From IMG/VR virus record IMGVR_UViG_3300042868_006184, positions 1 through 63,287 of that record: a stretch of DNA of 63,287 bases; one strand, 5' to 3'. A program made the translations under genes and the position numbers. Numbering within the stretch: the first letter of the stretch is position 1; the number at the start of each line of letters is the position of its first letter. Under the pieces are notes generated by a model. It saw nothing but the letters and a program-made list of their open reading frames with translations, was not told the origin of the DNA and did no database searches. Source of the stretch: a virus (lineage: Duplodnaviria; Caudoviricetes). This document shows, one piece after another, positions 8,775 through 19,600 of the stretch.

Positions 8775-9517
8775 GCAAAAAAGAAATATTAATAGGTGAT
8801 TGTTTGGAACTTATGAAGGATATACAAACAGCAAGTATTGATATGATACTTTGTGATTTGCCTTATGGGACTACTCAAAACAAATGGGATAGCGTGATTG
8901 ATTTGAACTTACTTTGGGAGCAATACAAACGGATTATAAAAGAAAATGGAGCAATAGTTTTAACAGCACAAACACCATTTGATAAAGTGCTTGGTTGTTC
9001 TAATTTAGAAATGCTAAAATATGAATGGATTTGGAGAAAAAGCAGACCAACAGGACATTTAAACGCCAATAAGATGCCTATGAAAGCACACGAAAATATT
9101 TTAGTGTTTTATAAAAAACCACCGACTTTTAACAAGCAAATGACAATAGGGAAACCTAACCACGTAAAAGATGGAAGCATAAGAAAATCAAAAGCAACTA
9201 ATAATAATTACGGACATTTTGAAAATGTGGTGCAAAAAGCAACTAACCTTAAAAACCCAATAACGGTTTTAGAGTTTTCACAACAAGACCCAAATAAGAT
9301 TTTACACCCAACTCAAAAACCAATTGATTTAATGGAGTATTTTATTAATACTTACACAAATGAAAATGATTTGGTACTTGATAATTGTGCTGGAAGTGGA
9401 ACAACTGCAATAGCTTGTTTGAATACAAATAGGCAATTTATTGTAATGGAACAAGAACAAAAGTATTACAACATAATTTTGAAGAGGGTAGCAGATTTTA
9501 ATAACAAAGAATTATAA
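8765..9517 (+). CDS. Beta-class N4/N6 DNA methyltransferase
   Basis: GDCLELM, CDLPYG, HPTQKP, LDNCAGSGTT. Confidence 0.93.
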   Translation: MYGGKKEILIGDCLELMKDIQTASIDMILCDLPYGTTQNKWDSVIDLNLLWEQYKRIIKENGAIVLTAQTPFDKVLGCSNLEMLKYEWIWRKSRPTGHLNANKMPMKAHENILVFYKKPPTFNKQMTIGKPNHVKDGSIRKSKATNNNYGHFENVVQKATNLKNPITVLEFSQQDPNKILHPTQKPIDLMEYFINTYTNENDLVLDNCAGSGTTAIACLNTNRQFIVMEQEQKYYNIILKRVADFNNKEL

Positions 9518-9525
9518 AAAACATT

Positions 9526-10005
9526 ATGTACGGAGCAGATTCATCAAACCCATTCTACAAATATCTTACTAGAGAGGATAAAGAACACGTCATGGTTGTT
9601 AATTACATGAAGTCAAGGCATCCAGAAGTAATTTGTTTCCATGTTCCAAACGAGGGTACAAAAAGCAACTTTGAAAGGTACAAATATTCAATTATGGGTG
9701 CATTGAGTGGTGTTAGTGATTTCGTTATATTAAAGCCAAAATATGTTCTTAAAAGAGATTTAGGAGGTGAGCAATATAGAGAATTGATATATCATGGTAT
9801 GTTAATCGAACTTAAAGCACCATCAGAAAAGAGAGTAGTAATGCAAGGTAAGAACGCTGGTAAGGTTCGTAAAATAGCAGAGGGTAAGATGTCAGACCAT
9901 CAAATTGAGTTTCTTGAAAGGTGCAATAAAGAGAAATATTATGGTATATGTTGCGTAGGTTTTGAAAATGCAGTCAAAGAAATTGAAGGATTTTTAAGTA
10001 AATAA
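9526..10005 (+). CDS. VRR-NUC-family nuclease
   Basis: FHVPNEG, GVSDF, IELK, SDHQIEFL. Confidence 0.8.
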   Translation: MYGADSSNPFYKYLTREDKEHVMVVNYMKSRHPEVICFHVPNEGTKSNFERYKYSIMGALSGVSDFVILKPKYVLKRDLGGEQYRELIYHGMLIELKAPSEKRVVMQGKNAGKVRKIAEGKMSDHQIEFLERCNKEKYYGICCVGFENAVKEIEGFLSK

Positions 10006-10029
10006 AAAGTTGTAAAATAACAAATTAGG

Positions 10030-10039
10030 TTATATTTGC
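10030..10039 (+). promoter_or_regulatory. Bacteroidota -7 promoter element for the polyvalent-protein block
   Basis: TATATTTG 17 bp upstream of the ATG at 10056. Confidence 0.6.
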
Positions 10040-10055
10040 AACATAATTTACAAAA

Positions 10056-13000
10056 ATGGGCAATATTTCATCTAATTCAAAAGGAATGTATAAGGGTAAA
10101 AGTCATGCACAAGGTGGAATACCTGTTGTTGTTGATGGCAATACTAACGTAGAAATAGAAGGAAACGAGTATCATTTATGTAGAGATGCAATGTCAAGTG
10201 CCAAGATATATTCGTTCAAAAACAAATCAAACAAAGAAATTTTAGATAGCATATACTCTTCAGAAGGGTGTAAATTCGTGCAAGGAATCGCTAATAGTGG
10301 CGATTTTATTGTTTGTAAGCTAGTTGTGTTAGATGACACAAAAAGAACTATTACAGGTACAGTTAAAAGCATAATTGATACAATGCAAAGCGAGAAGAGT
10401 TGTAATGTTAGTGAGGGTGGTAATAAAATGGAGAAAGGTGGTGGTATTAAAAGCGAATGGCTAATAGATGGCAAAGATGCTACTTTTGAAGACTTTAAAG
10501 AAATATACCAACGTCAAATGTCAGAACAAATATTCAATTTTAACCCTAAAAAAGTAGAATATTTTGGTAGTAATGAACAGAATATTAGAGCAGTTGAAGA
10601 CTATAAAAGTAGAGCTACTATCTATAACAAAAAAGGAGAGTTAAAGAGATTCTATATGGAATCTATTATACGAAAGGCTTTTAATGACTTCTCACTTGTG
10701 AAATTTGGAAATGCTTTTAGAAAACATATTGACACATCTTTTCAACCAAAAGGTAAAGAACTAAACAATATGAAGTGGTCTGAATTAGCTGGGTACATTA
10801 TTGGGGATAATGGTTACTATATTTCCAAAGAAGATGACTTTAGGGGTTTTGCGAAACAGTTAGGAATACAAATTCCAGAAAAAGAAGTTGTCGAAAATGA
10901 ATCAGATAAAATGGAGAAAGGTGGTTCAATTGACGAACACAAAGAAACCTACCAAAAATGGAAGTCTTTAGTCAACATGAGCAAAAGTGAATTAGAAGAT
11001 TTTTATAATAGTCAAGAGGGCAAAGATGCTGGATTAAGCGACAAAGAATCAAACGATTTAGGAATTAGTAATGGTAGAGAATCTGCTCGTTGGATAATGA
11101 GAATGAAAGATACTCCTGTTTCCGATTGGACACCTAAAATGTGGGAATGGGCAAATAAGCAAATATCTTTTATCTCTCGAATGAGTGGCAATAAAGGTAG
11201 CTTGTATGACGATAAAGGCAATAAAACAAGGAAACATACATCTTTGCTAATTTGGGGGCATAATCCAAAGAAAATGGGTAATGGTGGTGAGATTAAAGAC
11301 CTTATCCTATCCAAAAAGATTGAGTTGAACTTTTATAGAACTACTCCAGACCATGCTTTAGAATACGGAATTGAAGCTAAAAATCCTTTGTACTTAAAGA
11401 ATTTTCATGTTACCAAAACTGAAAGACTAAAAGGTATAGGCAAAATGATGTTGAAATATCTTGACGATTATGCTATTGAAAATGGAAACGATGTTATATT
11501 TGGATATATTAACCAAAAAGCTACTTTCAGTAAAAACAAAGAAACCAATTTTAACGATACCCAATTAATCAAATATTGGTTACACGATAATGGTTATGCA
11601 ATCAATGATGACGATAATAACTTTCATAAGGTTGTAGGTGCTAAAATGAAACAAGGTGGTGAAGTTATTACATACAGAAACAAGTTTAACAAAAAGTATG
11701 GTTTTGACTTAAATGAAAGCCATAGCCTTGAAGAAATTGCAAAATTGACTATCTTAAAACTATCTGCATTACAAGATATTTACAATAAAGGTATTGGTGC
11801 ATATAAAACTAATCCAGAAAGTGTCAGACCTAATGTTAAATCAAAAGAACAATGGGCAATGGCAAGGGTTTATTCTGCTGTAATGGGAGGTAAAGCGTCA
11901 AAAGTAGATGCTAATGAATTGGAGCGTGGAAAAATGGCTGATGGGGGTGAAGTATCTGATATTTCTAAAGTATATAGTTCTTCATCAAGATTTAAGCCGA
12001 GTGAAACTATCGTATTTAATCCACCTCTTATTGGGACTAATGGTGCGAAATTAACCGCTTACACATGGGCATATGAGATGACCATGAAACCAAACTACGA
12101 AGGCGAATTGGTAGGGAAGCGTGTTTCTGATTGGACTCAAGCGGATAGTAGTGCAGAAACTGGTAGAGATATAGTTCACAAATACACAATTGAATTGCCT
12201 AATGGAAATATAAAAGTTGTTAGTAGCGAATCCGTTCCTATTTTATTAGGTTTTGAAGATAGAAGTCAAGCAAAGGTTTTTGGTAATTTAGCAACAGCAT
12301 CTAAAACACTTGCAAAGCAACAAATGAAACTAGCTATCATGGAGGCTCAAAAGAAAGAATATGATGATTTGAAAGAGAAATTCACTAAAGAACCAAAGCC
12401 AAATATAAGGATAGCCACAACTGAAGAATTGCCTTATATATACCGAAAAAAGATAGATAGAAATGAACTTATTCAATATACATTTTTTACTATGGGTGAT
12501 GTTACTCAATCTCAATACAACCAAGCAATATATAAGGACGGAAAAACAATATTTATTCCTTCTGAAAGACCATCACAATCTACAATAAATGATTTGACAT
12601 CAAGTTGGATAGACAAAAGGGTAAAAGAAGCAGGTGGCGAATACCCAAGAGAATTGTATGACCTTAAAAATAGAGTTGAAAGACAAAAGCGTAAAGTAGA
12701 ACAAATGCTTAATCCTAAAATGGAGGATGGTGGGGAAATTGATAATTTCAAAATGGTTTCATTTCCAGAAGATAAGAATTATAAATATTATGTAGTTGAT
12801 GAAGACGAGGATAATTATTTAACGGTTCAAGAAGATATGTATCATAAATGGAAAAACGCAAATAAAATAGAAAGAGCAGAATATTATTCGGAATGGATTC
12901 CAAAAGAAGATATGGTTGACACAATGGAAGATGGAGGTGAAATAGATAACATTTTTGAATTATCAATTTACAATGTAATTGCAGGTGGCAACAATGATAG

Positions 13001-16000
13001 CGACACTCTTTACTATGGAACTAATTTAAAAGATGCAGAAGATAAGTATGATTATTCAGATTTAGATGATTTATCAGAATCAGACCAATTTAATGGTGGA
13101 TTGATTGAATTACAGAAACAAACAAATACCTATAAATTCGTTTATGAATTAGACAAAGAATACAATGAAGAAATTTCAGACTACCCAATTGAAGAATATT
13201 ATGAAGATAGAAAATACTACAAATTAGTTGAGGAAGGTGAGTTTGAAACAATAAAGGAAAAACAAATTGTTGGTACAAATGAGGTAGAATCAGAAAATAA
13301 AAACAAAGCGATTGATTTACTCGATGAAGTAGTTTCTATTTTTAAGAAAAAATACCCAAGATATACTAATGCTGGTTATATTGTAAAAAATAGCCATTAC
13401 TTTTTAATACCTATTGATGATACCGATAAGACTATTGAGTTAAGAGTATCAGACCATTCTCCAAATTTTAGAAATATTGATGCCAATGCCAATGAAATTT
13501 TATTTACTGAACTTGTTAAAATAGGAGAAGAGCCTAAAAAAGTTGATAGGACAAATGAGGATAATTATGATGTTAAGGCATTAAACGAAAATTATGTTGA
13601 ATATCAACAAATAAAGCCTAAAAATAGAGTTGCATTAATAAATTGTGTCATTTATTATGGTAAAGATGAAACTTATAAAAAGTTTGATAAAAACACAGAA
13701 TATAATGTAATTACAGAATATTTTGACTTAGATAATTACGATTATGATGTTAGTGATATTGTTGAAAAAATAGATGAATTGATTGAAGATGAAATTTATC
13801 AGTTTGAAAATGGCAAAAATGAAGTTAATGTTTTTCAAGATGGTGGCAATATTCCAAATTCCAATATCGAATTACTTGCACCGAATGGCAATAAGTCTAA
13901 TCTAAATCACGAACAATGGCATATAGTAAGAACTCCTGCTTTTAAACAATGGTTTGGTGACTGGGAGAAACTTGCAATGGCGAAAATTAAAGATTCTGCT
14001 ATGGATGAAGTCACTTTGGCTAATATATCTAAGGACGTTTCGAAAATAGTTGATGAAAATGGTGAGCCGTTAGTTTGTAATCATTCTTCGAGAGAAAAAG
14101 ATATTGATATTTTTTATGGTGGAAGAATATTTCGGACTAAATCAAATGAAGTAAAACCAATATGGTTTACATATAAACAAGGGAATGTTTATGCAGAGGA
14201 TGAAGATATTTTTCAGTATCAATCATTTTTGAACATTAGGAATTTATTTGATTATTCAAATCAAAAAGATGTAAGTGAATTGAGTGATTACTTTTTTCAA
14301 AATAACGACAAAAAATTGCCCGATTATGATTTTGATATGGATTGGGAAGCACAAGAACAATTTAATTTACCTGCATATATATATGAAATGGGCTATGATG
14401 GGTATAAATTTACTGATGAATATTCCATAGTAATTTTCAATTCAAACCAAATCAAACTTGCAGATGGAACTAACACTACTTTTGATGGGAACAATGACGA
14501 TATAAGGTATAAGGTTGGTGGCAAATTAAAAAAGGGCGAGGTAGAAGATGAACATAAGTTAAATGACGTAATAGTGTACCACGAAAAAAATGGAAATTGG
14601 TTTATACCTAAAAATAATATTTATGCGTGGTTATATGATGTAGAAGATGCTCCTGCAAAATTAAAGAGTAAAGAGTTTGATTATATATTTTTCCCATCAA
14701 CTCCAAGTTTGTCTATGGCTTTTCAAAAAGGGTATGTTCCACCATTGTTGAGAATATGGACACCTAAATACCAAAAAGAAACTAAGGGCAGTAAGAACTT
14801 AATGGGAATAGTACAAGCGTGGTATGACGAAGATAAAAAAAAGCTTTATGTCGAAATGATGACCACAAATCCGAAGCATAGGCGAAAAGGTATAAATGGT
14901 CATATTATTAAAGAAATAAGAGAAATGCTTGGATTGACAAAAGACGATGTAATATTTGACAAACCTACCGATATGGGTAAATCATTTATGAAGGCTGGAA
15001 AGTTTGAAGATGGTGGCGAGGTTTCTTCAAGCGAATATCTTAATGTTTTGCAAAAGCTAGGTATTACGGAAGAAGAACGAGAAAATTGGAGAGAATTGCA
15101 TAAGGTAAATCAAAAGCAGATAAGAAACGACAAAGTAAAGGAATCAGCAGAGAAACTTAAAAATGGTACAATACAGCAAAGTGAATATTTAAAAGTAGTA
15201 GCAAAGGAGCAACCTATTAAGTTATTTACAGAAGTGCCTAAATTACCTACTCCCAAAGAAATAATTTGTGCAGTAAATTCAAATATGGTCGCAAAAGGAA
15301 TAGTTGGATATACTAAGCACATAGAAGATGGCACTAATGTAGCATCAAGACTTGATATACCTGCATACGAAAATTACGATACTTGGGTTGTTTCAATACA
15401 CGATGGAATAACAGAAAAAATTATTACCTATGGTCAAACTGCATATTTAAAAAATGTAGAATTTAAGACGTTTCCAAAAACGGCATTAAATATTGCAACT
15501 GGTTCTGCTAAATCTACAATTGGGAGAATGTATGGAACATGGGAAAATAAATCTCCAGAAGATGTTCGAAACATGGCAGTTAAATATATGAATGACCCTA
15601 ATTGGGTGCAAATAGGTATGAATCCTTTTAGACATAGTTGGTTTTACGATAAGAATGATAGTATGCCTTTAATTTCAGCTAAAGAGGTTATTCAAGTTGG
15701 AGCATTAGTACTTGCTAAGAATCCAGTTAAGACAACACCCTACAACGATATGTTTATTGCTGATAGGAGAAACCCAAGTATAAAATTTAAGCAAGGTGGT
15801 GAAATTAAAACGGCTTTAAAAGAAGTTGAAAGTGCAAGAAGTGTAAAATATTGGATGCAACCAGAGTTTCCTGCTGAAAGTAACCGATATGAACAAAAGG
15901 GCAAACCAGATTCATTTGTGAAAATTTATGATGAAAAATACAACGGTGATACTATACTTGCTTATAATAAAAGAGGTAATCTTGTAGGCTTATTCAGTAT

Positions 16001-16598
16001 ATCAAAAGGCGGTAAAGAACAAGGAGCATTTAAAATAGTTGTTCGTGAAGATTCTATGAATAAAGGATGGGGTAAAAAGTTACTTGACGAAGCAGAAAAG
16101 CAAGGTATTGATATTGTAGGCAATATAAAACATAACTCGTTTTCTTTTAGTGGTAGAAACTTGCTAAGAAGTTGGTTGGAAAAGAAAATGGAAAGCAAAA
16201 TGAAAGATGGAGGGGAGATAAAAAAAGAAAATAAGGGTGGAGATTGTTATGTGTCGGCAGGTAATATTGTAATTAAGGATTATAATAACATAGACTTTAT
16301 GGGTACTCCTTATTTAATTCATGCAGAGGTAACAGGTCAAGGTGCAATTTCTGGTATTAAATACGGACACGCTTGGATTGAAGATGATGTTTTAGTTTAC
16401 GATTATTCAAACGGAAGGAAATTAGAGATTCCGAAAGACTTTTATTATGCAATTGGAAATATCAAAACATCAAACCCTAAAAAATATCGAAAGTACACTT
16501 TTTTAGAAGCAAAACGAAAAATGGTCAAAACTGGAAATTATGGTTGCTGGGATTTAGACGTTCAGTTTGAAGATGGAGGGCAAATAATTAATAACTAA
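10056..16598 (+). CDS. Giant polyvalent protein A (DUF3140-like, 3 GNAT-like, QWAMARVYS domain, ART-PolyVal-like, C-terminal Cys-His peptidase-like), with domains separated by 13 [MFY]xxGG motifs
   Basis: VNMS..EL...SLLIWGHNP; ERLKGIG, RRKGIN and NKGWGKKL acetyl-CoA loops; FKQWFGD..SKIVDENGEPLV..NQIK; GDCY..GHAWIE. Confidence 0.75.
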   Translation: MGNISSNSKGMYKGKSHAQGGIPVVVDGNTNVEIEGNEYHLCRDAMSSAKIYSFKNKSNKEILDSIYSSEGCKFVQGIANSGDFIVCKLVVLDDTKRTITGTVKSIIDTMQSEKSCNVSEGGNKMEKGGGIKSEWLIDGKDATFEDFKEIYQRQMSEQIFNFNPKKVEYFGSNEQNIRAVEDYKSRATIYNKKGELKRFYMESIIRKAFNDFSLVKFGNAFRKHIDTSFQPKGKELNNMKWSELAGYIIGDNGYYISKEDDFRGFAKQLGIQIPEKEVVENESDKMEKGGSIDEHKETYQKWKSLVNMSKSELEDFYNSQEGKDAGLSDKESNDLGISNGRESARWIMRMKDTPVSDWTPKMWEWANKQISFISRMSGNKGSLYDDKGNKTRKHTSLLIWGHNPKKMGNGGEIKDLILSKKIELNFYRTTPDHALEYGIEAKNPLYLKNFHVTKTERLKGIGKMMLKYLDDYAIENGNDVIFGYINQKATFSKNKETNFNDTQLIKYWLHDNGYAINDDDNNFHKVVGAKMKQGGEVITYRNKFNKKYGFDLNESHSLEEIAKLTILKLSALQDIYNKGIGAYKTNPESVRPNVKSKEQWAMARVYSAVMGGKASKVDANELERGKMADGGEVSDISKVYSSSSRFKPSETIVFNPPLIGTNGAKLTAYTWAYEMTMKPNYEGELVGKRVSDWTQADSSAETGRDIVHKYTIELPNGNIKVVSSESVPILLGFEDRSQAKVFGNLATASKTLAKQQMKLAIMEAQKKEYDDLKEKFTKEPKPNIRIATTEELPYIYRKKIDRNELIQYTFFTMGDVTQSQYNQAIYKDGKTIFIPSERPSQSTINDLTSSWIDKRVKEAGGEYPRELYDLKNRVERQKRKVEQMLNPKMEDGGEIDNFKMVSFPEDKNYKYYVVDEDEDNYLTVQEDMYHKWKNANKIERAEYYSEWIPKEDMVDTMEDGGEIDNIFELSIYNVIAGGNNDSDTLYYGTNLKDAEDKYDYSDLDDLSESDQFNGGLIELQKQTNTYKFVYELDKEYNEEISDYPIEEYYEDRKYYKLVEEGEFETIKEKQIVGTNEVESENKNKAIDLLDEVVSIFKKKYPRYTNAGYIVKNSHYFLIPIDDTDKTIELRVSDHSPNFRNIDANANEILFTELVKIGEEPKKVDRTNEDNYDVKALNENYVEYQQIKPKNRVALINCVIYYGKDETYKKFDKNTEYNVITEYFDLDNYDYDVSDIVEKIDELIEDEIYQFENGKNEVNVFQDGGNIPNSNIELLAPNGNKSNLNHEQWHIVRTPAFKQWFGDWEKLAMAKIKDSAMDEVTLANISKDVSKIVDENGEPLVCNHSSREKDIDIFYGGRIFRTKSNEVKPIWFTYKQGNVYAEDEDIFQYQSFLNIRNLFDYSNQKDVSELSDYFFQNNDKKLPDYDFDMDWEAQEQFNLPAYIYEMGYDGYKFTDEYSIVIFNSNQIKLADGTNTTFDGNNDDIRYKVGGKLKKGEVEDEHKLNDVIVYHEKNGNWFIPKNNIYAWLYDVEDAPAKLKSKEFDYIFFPSTPSLSMAFQKGYVPPLLRIWTPKYQKETKGSKNLMGIVQAWYDEDKKKLYVEMMTTNPKHRRKGINGHIIKEIREMLGLTKDDVIFDKPTDMGKSFMKAGKFEDGGEVSSSEYLNVLQKLGITEEERENWRELHKVNQKQIRNDKVKESAEKLKNGTIQQSEYLKVVAKEQPIKLFTEVPKLPTPKEIICAVNSNMVAKGIVGYTKHIEDGTNVASRLDIPAYENYDTWVVSIHDGITEKIITYGQTAYLKNVEFKTFPKTALNIATGSAKSTIGRMYGTWENKSPEDVRNMAVKYMNDPNWVQIGMNPFRHSWFYDKNDSMPLISAKEVIQVGALVLAKNPVKTTPYNDMFIADRRNPSIKFKQGGEIKTALKEVESARSVKYWMQPEFPAESNRYEQKGKPDSFVKIYDEKYNGDTILAYNKRGNLVGLFSISKGGKEQGAFKIVVREDSMNKGWGKKLLDEAEKQGIDIVGNIKHNSFSFSGRNLLRSWLEKKMESKMKDGGEIKKENKGGDCYVSAGNIVIKDYNNIDFMGTPYLIHAEVTGQGAISGIKYGHAWIEDDVLVYDYSNGRKLEIPKDFYYAIGNIKTSNPKKYRKYTFLEAKRKMVKTGNYGCWDLDVQFEDGGQIINN

Positions 16599-16613
16599 AA
16601 ATATAAAACAAGA

Positions 16614-19600
16614 ATGACACCAAACGATGAATACCAAAAAGCTAAATATAATTTAGAAGAGGCTGAAAAGTTACAAGAAAGAATGAAGACAGTAAATGCA
16701 ATTATTCGTTCTAAAAAGAATGTAACAGAACGATTAATTAGCGAGGCTGGTTTGTCTGAATCAAATGCAATGCAAATACAAGAGAAAGATTTTGCAGGAA
16801 GAGTAGGGTTTTCAACATATAAGCTAACAAATAACAACGCCAATATATCTAGGTTAAGAGAAAGAGTTAATATGCTTAGTGATAAACTTGAAAGTGCAGA
16901 AAAGGGTAACGAAACTTATACTTTTAGCGAAATAGGTGGTGGTGGTACAATAGAAATCAATTACGATATTGATAGAGTACAGTTGTTGTTTCCTAATGGA
17001 AGAGTGGATAATGAAGTTTATAAGCTATTAAGAAAGAATGGATATGTCTATTCTCCTACAAATAAAGCGTTCCAAAGGAAGATAACACCACAGGCAATAA
17101 GTAATGCAATTTACTTGACAAAAGCTACCAGAGGTGAAGTTGCTGAACAAAGAGATGTTTCATTATCTAATTTAACAGATGCAGACCGCCAAAATATGCT
17201 AGAAAATAAGAAATTTAGTTATGTAACTGGCAGTTTATATAATGCACTACCTCCTTCTTTTAAGGAATATACTGGAGCAAAAACATTTGAATTGGTATAT
17301 TTTAGCACTAATAGGGAAAATGTAAAAGATGCAATAAAAAGATACTTTAAAGAGAATATGCCTATTGTCGATATAGAAAAAATGACAATTAATGTATATA
17401 CACAAACATATATTAGAGAATCAAAATTATTGTATAAACGAGGTGATTTTATGCCATCTAATACCGAACCTAATGTTTTATTAAGATTAAAAAACGAAAT
17501 TAATTCATATCAAAATATGAGTGATAGGGTTGACAAAGAAGAACCAAAAGCAGAAACGCCATTTTTTACTGAAATTGGTAGTGATGGTTATGATAGCAGA
17601 GTAGATAATAATGAAATGGATTATGACGCAGAAGAGGAGGTTTTAAAAGACTTACAAAAATATTCTTCTCCTAAAAAATATAACTCCGAAATTGAAGTAG
17701 GGCAAAGGTATTACGATAATCGTTATGCGGATTATTATACTATTGAAAAAATGACGGAAGTAATTAGTGGTGGCGATGTTAACGCAACATTGAAATATGA
17801 TAAAGGTGCAACAAGAACAGAAAGTGGGGATTTTATCTTGTATCATATAGACGCAAAGCAACATAGTCTATCTAAAGAAGAGCCAAAAGAAACCATTGAA
17901 ACAATAGAACCAAATAGTTCAGATGAATTTGACGAAATTATTATGGCAAATATTGACCCTAAAGATGACTGGATTGGCAATTTGGTGAAGGAACGTGACG
18001 TAAAACAACAAATTTACAAACAATTAAGTGGTGATGAGCAGGAAAAAGAAGCAGAAACAAATAGAATTTTCTATCTTTATGCTGAAAAGAATAAAAATAA
18101 TCGAGAATTACACGAAATGAACAATAAAAACTTTGAAGAGATTAAAAGATTAAAGAAAGAAATTGCCAATGGTGAAAGGCTTATGTCTAATATAAACTTT
18201 AGTGGTGATGTAACAAATGAAATAAATAGATGGAAAAAGCAATTAGCAGAATTAGAAGGAAAAGAAAATTCAAATAGTGGCAAAATTCCTGCAAAACTTA
18301 TTACCTTACAAATAAGGGACGATAGAACTACTCAACAAAAATATACCGATTATGATTACGATGGGGCGAATGATAAAATGCGTTGGATACTTGACAATAA
18401 AAAGTTTTCAGACCTTAATTACAATATCCAATTTGAGGATGGAGAAACTTTAAGTGGCGTAATTGATTGCGAACCTAGAGAGTTTTTTGATGGAGTTTCT
18501 AATCCACTAACTCGCCACTTGAATACATTTTGGGGCAATGTAGCTAAAGGTAAAGGTGCGTTCATTGGAGCAGAAGAAACGCAACAAGCAAAAGACCTTA
18601 TTGAAAAATATGATTTAGGTGAAGTTAAAGTAGGTGCATCACAAATAGAACCAAAAGCCAAAGAATTAGTAAAACTTCCTCAATCAATTATTAATCTAAT
18701 TGACTATTTGAACAAAGAAGATGATGCTAAGAAAAAAGCAGAAAGATGGAATGAACAAAGAGGGTTATTGTTGCCAAAACTTGGTCGAACTTTATGGCAA
18801 ATTGTAATGAATGTTCCTTATATTGAGGTACAAAGAAGTGGTGATGAATCAAGAGTACATTTTTCTGGAAATGACCTTTTAAGAGCAATAGACAAAGTAT
18901 ATAAAGAAAACGATGTTGAGTTTGACCAATATGATTATGGTACAACTTCCGAACAACCAAAAGCTAAAGAATCAAAACCATTTGGATTAACAACTATTGA
19001 ATATCTTGATAGTGGCAAAACTGTTACTTGGGGAACAAAAACAAGAAGAGGTAGAGAAACCGTAATAGGCAAAAGTAATTCAGATATTAATGAGGAAATA
19101 GAAAGCCTAAAAGAATATATTGTAATTGGAGAAATTGAACTAAAAAAAGCACAAGAACAATATGATAAAGTAAAAGGAATGGGTAGTCCAACAATGTATA
19201 AAAATGTTGCTGATGCTCTTTCTCATTTAAAAATGATTGAAAGAACGCTCTATGTAAATAAAAACATATTGCTTCCGTTTTTTGAAAAAAATATTGGAGA
19301 AGGAGAAGAAAAATCCGACTATCAAAAAGAACTAGATAGGCAAGTTAATGAAGGTGAAATAGAAGATGATAGTCAAGGAATAAGCCTATATCATTTAGCA
19401 AAGAATATTGAAGAAACTACAAATAACCAATTTAAAGGTATTCATCACAACTATAAAAATCAATATGTCTTAAACAAGGCTATTGAGGAATTATTAATGA
19501 CAAAAGATAATAATTATAGTTCAGAAGAGAAAGTATTTATTCGTAAATACTCTGGTTATGGTGGATTAGATAAGTATGGTAAAGGAGGCAAAGGTTCTTT

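Noticed and set aside
10086-10175. GKSHAQGG...VEIEGNE motif suggesting a tape-measure protein
   Set aside because: The rest of the protein is a string of enzyme modules with no long helical repeats, and there are no tail genes
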